A stretch of DNA of 43,936 nt, counting the filler, from Catajapyx aquilonaris (taxonomy: Eukaryota): NCBI GenBank assembly GCA_000934665.2. It is 2 parts of 2 records of this genome, joined end to end, with 100 filler letters (N's around TTAATTAATTAA, not from the genome) between each part and the next. Parts side by side here need not be neighbours in the genome. Positions count along the whole stretch, not along the records: positions 22,027 to 43,936 come from JYFJ02005945.1; 1 more part is not named here. One strand, given 5' to 3'. The stretch's first letter is position 1. Each line of letters opens with the position of its first letter. Position numbers and translations under genes: made by a program. This document shows, one piece after another, positions 34,640-43,936 of the stretch. The notes below the pieces were generated by a model. It was not told where the DNA came from and searched no databases. It worked only from the letters and a program-made list of their open reading frames with translations.

Positions 34640-35188
34640 TTTTGTTCCGTTCGGGGTGAAGGCCCTGGAAATACTGACAGGTGCGATACATGTGCCAGTT
34701 TTTTGGTGGGACCCTTGGGTCCTGTGAATTACTTACGACGCACCGTTTGGAGGTCCTTCACATATCAACAGCACGCAATGAGGCAATGCTAATTATAACC
34801 TTGGAATATCGACCTGATGAATTTTATATTCAAGTTTGCTTATAATATCATTATTAGGAATTAAACAATGCACTACGAAGTTGAACGTATGGTGTCCAAT
34901 GTCAACATTACTGTGGCTAGAAAGAAACTAGACCGAACTGGTACTACGAGCATTGGCTGATATTGATTTGATTTAATGCGTTGCTATTTATATGAAACGC
35001 AGATGTGACAGATGTTTGCAACACATGGCCATAATGCATGTCAGACGTTCCCATTACATCTTCTAGTCCAAATGACAGAATGCAATCAGGACAGAGTAAG
35101 TCTGGATTAGTTTTCATATCGAGGACTCCGTGCTGTATTGTCGTAACTCCAATTTTGGTGCAATTTGAGTTAGCAATATCATAATGTC

Positions 35189-35256
<68 letters not shown>

Positions 35257-35490
35257 TCATACCCCGTGCTAGAGCCTTTGGCTCCCTTAGGGGGGTGGAT
35301 TACCACCATTGGATGGGACAAGGGATAGGGAAGGAAGGAAGCGTCTGTGGCCTATTTTTACGGAAACGACCCCGGAATTGTCCTGGAGGGGACCATGGAA
35401 AACCACAGAAAACCATGGTCAGGGTCGCCGGCCCCGGGATTCGAACCCAGGACCTTCCGATTAGCAGGCGGGCTCCTTATCTAATTGGCA
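35189..35490 (-). mobile_element. tRNA-derived SINE (family C) with (AAT)n tail
   Basis: Minus-strand B-box GGTTCGAATCCC and core GGTTTTCTGTGGTTTTCC...TAGGCCACAG. The (ATT)n run at 35189-35256 on the plus strand is its tail. Confidence 0.85.
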
Positions 35491-35591
35491 TATATTGTCG
35501 TACGAGCAAGGTGCACCTCTGGACTTAATCTAACCAAGAGCTAATAACTGGTCTAACTATGGACTTAATCAATCACCCCTGGTATAGGGGG

Positions 35592-35775
35592 TGACCGAAG
35601 AAGGTTGGCATAGTGGATAGGGCGTCAGACTGCTAATCCGGAGGTCCTAGGTTCGAATCCCGGGGCCGGCAACCCTGATCGTGGTTTTCTGTGGTTTTCC
35701 ACGGACTTTCTAGGATAATTCCGGGGTCGCTTCCGTATAATAGGCCACAGCGGCTTCCTTCCTTCCCTATCCTTG
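35592..35775 (+). mobile_element. tRNA-derived SINE (family C), 3'-divergent copy
   Basis: A-box TGGCATAGTGG, B-box GGTTCGAATCCC and the same core as the copies at 35189 and 39054. Confidence 0.8.
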
Positions 35776-36709
35776 GAGGTTGAAAGGCAATGCTGGGCCA
35801 ACCTCCTTAAATATCGATTATAAGGAATAGGGGGTGCGACAAGGACCAATATATTGTCTACAAAGGGGTGCGGAGGCCCGAAAAGGTTAAGAACCTCTGC
35901 TTTAGGTATATGTTCCTATGGGCTTCGCTCAATTTTGACATTTTTGTGGGTTGACCCATTATTTCATAACACTGTCCCATTATCCCTCCGCTTTCGATCA
36001 CTTCTGTGTACGTTGACCGACACCAAGTTCAACATATATGTACCAGACACGACACATGAGTTTGCTGTTATTAATTAATTAATTAATAACATGCTTCGAT
36101 AATCTAAGTATGTAAGGCAAAGTTTCTTTTTTTTGTTTGCCCATGGCAACAGCATTTTGTTGGTGACTACCATGGAAACAGGCCGTGCGAAGAACGGGCT
36201 CCTCCGCTAGTAATATAGATTTTCATTGACATTTTCGATACCTGCTGCTTCATTCATATGCGAATACCTGTTATGGCAGATGTGACATCAAAACATGTTT
36301 ACAATGTTGCATAACATATGGTCTAAATACATGTGAGAGTTCGACTTGTAAATAATATAATTTGACAGTGAAGGAATTAATACCGTATATTATTGCGTCA
36401 GTCTAGTTTAGATTTTCATATATACGTAAGTAATGCGTGTATAGTGTACCTCCCATTTGCGTTTTGAAGGTTACACGGACACCACCACTTGGAGCACACC
36501 AGAGAAATTTCAAACAAAGGTAGGCGTGGATGATTATTTTGGTGGAAAGAGACGAGAATATAATATTTTTTCTCTCTCCTTTAAATAGCTATGTTAAATA
36601 GCTAGTCAGGGGAACATATCTCTCTTCAACTTTTTGCTCAAAAAACAATATGAATATAATAAGTAATCAGCTCTTCACATTTCTTTGCAGACTTGTTGCA
36701 TCAGTTGAT

Positions 36710-38789
36710 ATGAACAGTAATTGCTTCAAATTATTTTTGCTAGCATGTACTGTTGTAAGTTTTATAAGTTTGATTAAGCGAGATGGATCTGTTATACTGC
36801 CGCCTGTTGCACTTCATCCGCATGAGGAAAATGCCACGGAAGAAGTGAGAGCATGCGAGATACCAAAATTAAGTCCGTTTGATGCGAGTATCATGCCACA
36901 CCTCAAAAAATTAGGGCCTTTGAAGTGTAAGGTGTTTCAAACACCACTCACATCTCTGGACAAAGATGGAGTTCTCAGCGTCAATGAAACGGCTCTGGAA
37001 ACACTGAAATCCAATGCAAGTGACCTGGTCTGCACATACAGCGACATCTGGTTGGCTGATGATAACAAGTTGGAGTATGGCACGCCACAGGTGGGTAAAC
37101 AATAAGATGACACTCGTACGGTTAAAGACACATATATTACCTGACAGGTTCTGAAGAAGACGCATGTCATCAGATCAGACACGTGTCTCGTAAAATGTAC
37201 ATCCAACGGTACCGTCCTCTACGAAAACGTGCACATTTACGCCAAGTCTCCTGAGGCTGATCCACCATCTCGGACACCGGGAACAAAACCCAGTGTCTTC
37301 TTACTGGCCATTGACTCCATGTCTCAACCCAATTTTATTCGACAGCTACCCAAGACATACCAGTACCTGACGACCACGTTGGGCGCCATTGTGTTGAAGG
37401 GCATGAACACAATCGGCCTGAACACGTTTCAAAACATCGTTCCTCTACTGACGGGACTCAAAGTGTCTAACGATCCCTACGAGCCACACGATTTCCTGGC
37501 TCCCAGACGCATGTTTGGCCACATGACCATGGACAACATGCCTCTGCTATGGAGAGCATTTCGCAGCTACGGATACCTCACCCTGTTTGCGGAGGACTTT
37601 CCCCGTTATGCGCTTTTCAATTATGCTACTCTTGGATTTAAGGAGCGTCCAGTTGATTACTACATGCGGCCATTTTGGATGACAACAAGAGAGACAACCA
37701 CAGACAAGAAAAGCGACTGGTATTGCTTCGGCAGTGACGCAAGGCACAACCTTATTCTTAGATATGCGGATCAATTCATCCGGAAGAACAAAGACGTACC
37801 ATACTTTGCATTTCCTTTCATATCTGAGATTAGTCATGACAACATCAATCCAGTGCAGATGATTGACAATGATCTTTATGCATTCTTGCGACGCAGTGTG
37901 GATGACCACCTACTGGACGACGCCATTATCATAGTAATGGGCGACCACGGAAACAGGTACACTAACTTCTTTTAAGTCACAGCACATTCATATAGAAAGT
38001 TTTCCCATACAGGTACGGAAAGTACAGGGAGACGACCCTAGGTAGATTCGAGGAGAGGATGCCATTCTTCTCCATCATCCTCCCCAAATGGCTGAGGGAG
38101 AAGCACCCCCACCTGACCCTTAACCTGGAGACAAACAGCGAGAGACTGACCACGTGGTTCGACGTGCACGAGATGCTGGTGGATGTGTACCTGGACGATC
38201 TGGGGGACGGGGAGTCCTCCTCTGTCTGGAGGCCTCCTTCGCCCCACGGGATCTCTCTCTTCAGGCAGTTGGTCCCTCTCAACAGGACATGTCAGGACGC
38301 ATGCATACCACTGGAGTACTGCATCTGCACCGTGGAGAAGAGTGTACCGGTGGACGCACCTGAAGTGGTGTCTGCAGCCGACGCACTTGTACAGCATGTG
38401 AACAAGCTTCTCGCACCCATTGAGACTCAATGTCATCAACTGGAACTAAAGGTTTGTGTTGAAGCTAAAAAATTGAAGATGAATCATGCAAATCTTTTAC
38501 GTGGCCATTTTTCAATTTTTTCAAGAACCTTACGCAGGCGAACCTAATGGTATTCAGCTGGTCATCACCCGAGACGGACATGAAGTCAAAAAATGAAGTC
38601 CACCTTCGAGTGGTGGTCGAAACAAAGCCGAACGACGCTCTCTTGGAGGCCATGATGAGGAGACTCAAAGGCTCAAAGACATTCGAGGTGTTCGGCGCCG
38701 TATCTCGAATCAACAAGTATGGAGACCAATCTTCGTGTATTCAAGACCAGGTCTTGAGGCAGTACTGCTTATGCAAGACTACCAGTTAA
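36710..38789 (+). CDS. DUF229 / alkaline-phosphatase-superfamily type-II membrane protein, copy 1 (about 630 aa)
   Basis: Exons 36710-37090, 37148-37956, 38013-38451, 38526-38789 (GT-AG, phases 0,2,0). N-terminal anchor and motifs IDSMS, GLNT, GYLTLFAED, DYYMRPF, ISHD, MGDHGNR, EERMP, SRINKYG, YCLC. Confidence 0.9.
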
Positions 38790-39044
38790 TAACACGCATG
38801 TGCCATTGACATTCCTGATGTTTCATTAATAAAATATATGATATGTAGAACGATCGACCCCATTTTGTACAAAATGGCATATCTACATACGGTACATATG
38901 AAATGAACGTGTGGCCTGCACAATTTTGCAAATTTCATTTTTTTAAATATTTTCTCGCAGGATTCCTTTGGTCCTTTTTTGGCAATTTTTACTAGCACAT
39001 ATTCTTAATCGGCCAAGTGAATGCTGCCATGGGACGGTCAAATA

Positions 39045-39053
<9 letters not shown>

Positions 39054-39117
<64 letters not shown>

Positions 39118-39387
39118 TCAGTCCGTTATCAGCCATCGGCTCTTTAGGGGGGAAGTTTGTTTTGCCTGGAACTCTTTGCTTTTCATTTCACTGTGCTCTT
39201 TGGAGGGTAGGGACGGAAGGAAGCGGCTGTGGCCTATTAATTACGGAAACAACTCCGGAATTTCCCTGGAAGGACCGTGGGAAACCCCAGAAAACCACGG
39301 TCAGAGTTGCCGGCCCCGGGATTCGAACCCAGGACCTCCCGATTAGCAGTCGGACGCCTTATCCACTATGCCAACCTGGTTCGGCCT
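39054..39387 (-). mobile_element. tRNA-derived SINE (family C) with (ATT)n tail
   Basis: Minus-strand A/B boxes and family C core. (AAT)n on the plus strand runs to 39116. TSD GTCAAATAAATAATAAT (39037-39053, 39388-39404). Confidence 0.88.
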
Positions 39388-40026
39388 GTCAAATAAATAA
39401 TAATTTTGTAATCGTCCTGTGGCAACAATATCGGTTCAAGTGCTGTAGAAGGAAACCACTCTATTATAGTGGGTTTCCTCATGTTGGCCCACTTACACAG
39501 CTACGTCATTGAAGGAAGGGACGTTTTACTCCAAACAAATTTTATAACATTTTTGCAACATATAAAGAATAACTTATGGCCTGCACATGGCCTGTGTATG
39601 TCTGAACGTCGTATGAGTTATTCGTATGCAAAGTGTGGCACTTCCGCGTACAGACGATAAAATAAATTATTTATTGCGACATCTGCGGTCTGGATTAGAA
39701 TGTGAATATCTCTCTTCCATTCCTGTTTTGCATCGCTATGGATAAGGCACTACACATAGTGCTACCATAGGCACTGAAGCATTCAAGAGGAATCTTTCTT
39801 GAAGGTAAGTGTAGATTGTTATTTTAACTGAAAATGGAACAGATATTTCTCATCTATATTCCACTTACCAAGTTTAGAACGAGGAAATTTACGTATAAAT
39901 TTTGGTGCACTCATTTTTGATCAGAACCCGAAACCACAAGTTAATGTCAGCTCAACAAGGCTATCGTTATTCTCTTGCAGATTTGCTCTACCGAATGGAG
40001 CGCAAGTATTCACAGGACACCTAAAT

Positions 40027-42109
40027 ATGAACAACAATTATTTAAATTTATCAATGAAATTATTCTTGCCATTACTTGCGTTAGTGAGTTTTGTGACTTT
40101 GTACATGTGGGATGACACTGTCAAACGTCCGGGTTTATCACTTTATCAAAATGTGGAAAATGCCACGGAAGAAGTGAGAGCATGCGTGATACCAAAATTA
40201 GATCCGTTTGATGCCAGTATCATGCCATATGTCAGGAAATTAGGGCCTTTGATCTGCTCTGTATTTCAACCACCGCTCACATCTCTCAACAATGACGGAG
40301 TTCTCAGCGTCAATGAAACGGCTTTGGAATCGCTGAAATCCGACGCAAGTGACCTTGTCTGCACATACAGCGACATCTGGTTGGCTGACGATAACCACTT
40401 GGCGTATGGCACACCAAGGGTGAGTCAACAGCAATCACAAGACACTCGTACGGTTTAATGCATATGACCTTACAGGTTCTGGATATGACGCAGAAAATCT
40501 CAACAGACACTTGCGCCGTCAAGTGTACATCCAACGGTACTGTTCTCTATGAAAATGTGCACATTTATGCCAAGTCTCCTAAGGCTGTTCCACCATCGCG
40601 GACACCGAGAACCCAACCCAGCATCTTCCTTCTGGTCATTGACTCCATGTCTCAACATAACTTCATTCGGCAACTTCCCAAGACTTACAAATATCTCACG
40701 ACCACGCTGGGCGCCATTGTGTTGAAGGGATTGAACAAAGTTGGTCTCAATACTTTTCCTAATATCATTCCTCTGCTGACGGGCCTCAAAGTATCCAACG
40801 ATCACTACGAGCCCCACGATTTCCTGGCTCCCAGATACAAGTTTGGCCACATGACCATGGACAATATGCCTCTTCTCTGGAGGGCATTTCGTAGCTACGG
40901 CTACCTCACCTTGTACGCGGAAGACTTCCCCATTGCACCGTTGTTCAACTTCGTGACTAGGGGTTTTAAGAAGCAGCCGGTTGACTATTACATGCGGCCA
41001 TATTGGATGGCGACAAGAAACACCACCACGAACAAGAAGAGCACTGGGTCTTGTTTTGGTAGCGACACAAGGCACGACATAATTCTCAGGTACGCAGATC
41101 AATTCATCCGGAGGAACAAGGACGTGCCATACTTCGCATTTCCATTCATATCGGAGATTAGTCATGACGAGATAAACCGAGCTCAATTAATCGACGATGA
41201 TGTTCACGCATTTTTACAACTCAGTGTGGATGACCACCTACTGGATGACGTCATACTGATCGTCATGGGGGATCACGGAAACAGGTACGGTGACTTCTTT
41301 TAAGTCACAGCACATTCATACCAAGTTTTCCCATACAGGTACGGAAAGTACAGGGAGACGACCATGGGTAGATTCGAGGAGAGGATGCCCTTCTTCTCCA
41401 TCCGACTCCCCAAATGGCTGAGGGAGAAGCACCCCCACCTGACCCTTAACTTGGAGACAAACAGCGAGAGACTGACCACGTGGTTTGACGTGCACGAGAT
41501 GCTGGTGGACGTGTACCTGGACGACCTGGGGGACGGGGAGTCCTCCTCTGTCTGGAGGCCTCCTTCGCCCCACGGGATCTCTCTCTTCAGGCAGCTGGTC
41601 CCTCTCAACAGGACCTGTCAGGATGCATACATACCACTGGAGTACTGCATCTGCACCGTGGAGGAGAGTGTACCGGTGGACGCACCTGAAGTGGTGTCTG
41701 CAGCCGAAGCACTTGTAAAGCACGTGAACAAGCTCCTCGCACCCATTGAGACTCAGTGCCATCACCTGGAACTAAAGGTTAGCAACATCGGGACTTACAT
41801 TTCCTCTCCCAATATGTATATATTTTCTTCAAGAACCTGACTCAGGCATATGTAATGAAAGTCAGCTGGTCACACCCCGAGACGAACGTGGAGCGCGACC
41901 TGGAGTCAAACGAAGAGTTACATCTTCGAGTGGTGGTGAAGACGAAGCCCAACGATGCTCTCTTGGAGGCAACGATGAGGCGACTCAAAAACTCAAAGAC
42001 ATTCGAGGTGTTGGGTGACGTAACCCGAATCAACAAGTATGGAGACCAATCTTCATGTATTAAAGACCCGATCTTGAGGCAGTACTGCTTATGCAAGACT
42101 ACCAGTTAA
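40027..42109 (+). CDS. DUF229 / alkaline-phosphatase-superfamily protein, copy 2 (about 638 aa)
   Basis: Exons 40027-40419, 40476-41284, 41339-41777, 41834-42109, with the same intron positions and motifs as copy 1. Confidence 0.9.
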
Positions 42110-42953
42110 CATGATGGGACATTTCATTCTCGTCTATTCCTGTTATGTTGTACCTATTTGAATACTGGAGTGTAACATAGATATGCATGGGCATGATTGT
42201 ACACGGCCACGTAATTTTTTCAATGTGACTTTGACTTACAGTTGCAACACATCGCAATTTATTATCTAAGTGCATCTGAGTTATGCAGATGCAAATAGTA
42301 GACACTACTATGGTACAGACACAAAATAAATATTATTGCGGCATATGTGTTCTGTTTTCGATTGTGTGTNACGTTGCAAGCGAAATCGTATTCTCAAAAG
42401 TAAGCTTGATAATTATGATTGATTTATGGCCGAGATCACTATATGACATTCACCAGATTTGCGTTATTTATGACAAACATGTGTAGGATTCAAGAGCTCA
42501 TACCCCTACCAGCTTCTGTTCGAAAATACCATGGAAATTGGGGTACGCATGTTATGGATTAATATTGAGACACATTAATGTACTGAACATGCCTGAAGAA
42601 GTACGACTATTAAGATCGGACACAATGATCTAAGATATGATGTGGAACATCTATGTGGAAATTAACAAAAACGGTGAGTACTTAAATGAGTAATTATTGT
42701 AATTAATTAAAATATAAAAATAATAATAATTTGTCCCATCCTAGAGGCAGATTTCTATGATTTTAGAAAACTATTCATTGCGACAAAAGGATCTGGCAGC
42801 ATACTATGACTATAATATTTACTGATGAACCATACACCTCCTGCTTATTTTATAGCGTCATCCACTGAGACTTGACGGATTTCAGACGTTGTGCAATATA
42901 TTGCAACAGGACTATTGGGGTGATAATTATTATTTTCGTGCAGACTTGTTGCC

Positions 42954-43936
42954 ATGAGCAACAATCACTCGAAAATATTCTTCCTAATAATCATGGCTGT
43001 AGAGATTTTTACTCTCATTGTGTGGAATGTGTTTTCCATATTTCCGAATTTCGAGCAACCTTACCAAGACAGTATCCTTCAGAGCATAGAGGAAGTGACA
43101 TCATCCTTAGAGAAAACATCAGACAGCAGAGGAAGAGTGGCTGTCTTTGTGAAGTATATACCTGAGATCACTGAAAAAGTGAAATCCACTGTGGATGACA
43201 CCTTTCAGACGACAGAAAAAGTGCGAGCATGTGAGATACCAAGATTAGATCCGTTCGATGCGAGTATCATGCCGTATATCAAGAAATTAGACCCGTTGAA
43301 GTGCAAAACATTTCAACCACGTCTCACATCTCTAGACAGTGATGGTGTTCTTCGCGTCAATAAAAAATCTATGGAATACTTAAAATTCAGGACACGTCGT
43401 GGCGTTCACTGCACGTACAGCGATATCTGGTTGGCTGACGATAACAACTTGCAGTACGGCACGCCACGGGTGAGTCAACTATCAGATGTCACTCATACGG
43501 TTAAAGACACATAACTACATAAGTTACATAATTATGCCCTTACAGGTTCTGAAGAAGACGCATGTCATCACATCAGACACGTGTGTCGTCAAATGTACAT
43601 CCAACATTACCGGTACTGTTTTCTACGAAAATGTCCACATTTACGCCAAGTCTCCTAAGGCTGTTCCACAATCGCGGATACCGGGAACAAAACCCAGCAT
43701 CTTCCTTCTGGCCATTGACTCCATGTCTCATCCCAATTTTATTCGGCAACTTCCCAAGACTTACAACTACCTCACGATCACGCTGGGTGCTACTGTGTTG
43801 AAGGGCCTGAACAAAGTGGGCCTGAACACGTTTCCAAACATTGTGCCTCTGCTGACGGGACTCAAAGTGTCAAACGATCCCTACGAACCACACGATTTCC
43901 TGGCTCCCAGATATAAGTTTCGCAAAATGACCATGG
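42954..43936 (+). CDS. DUF229 / alkaline-phosphatase-superfamily protein, copy 3 (5' part, runs off the window)
   Basis: Exons 42954-43469 and 43546->43936. TM anchor, longer stem, then RACEIPRLDPFD, IDSMS and GLNTFPN in an open frame. Confidence 0.88.

Noticed and set aside
35603..35670. tRNA-like sequence with a GCT anticodon-like loop
   Set aside because: It is a SINE head: it continues into the shared SINE core, and it lacks a clean acceptor stem and the Ser variable arm.
37547..42096. Long antisense ORFs over the DUF229 exons (up to 228 aa)
   Set aside because: Shadow frames of GC3-rich coding sequence, duplicated along with the genes.

Overview
Eukaryotic, most likely arthropod, genomic DNA in two contrasting halves joined by a 100-bp artificial spacer (44 N + TTAATTAATTAA + 44 N, 21927-22026). 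The left half (1-21926) holds the last three coding exons of an exostosin-2 (EXT2) gene on the minus strand, whose final 5.7-kb intron has a GC donor. Around and within it are about 28 transposon insertions: palindromic MITEs, mariner remnants, hAT-, pogo- and Sola2-like non-autonomous elements, tRNA-derived SINEs and a solo LTR, many of them nested. The right half (22027-43936) is gene-dense and made of tandem paralogues: two type-I transmembrane C-type-lectin-domain genes (one partial, one complete 12-exon model of about 453 aa), three intronless divergent ionotropic receptor (IR) genes, and three DUF229 / alkaline-phosphatase-superfamily genes (the third runs off the window). There are no prokaryotic systems such as CRISPR. 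The most notable signals are a perfect hairpin sequestering a 5' splice site in a 72-nt lectin intron, a foldback element built from two mariner 3' ends, a covarying 3' RNA module shared by different SINE families, a Tyr-motif-rich lectin receptor tail, and probable gene conversion among the DUF229 copies. All gene models and family assignments were made by eye, with no database search.
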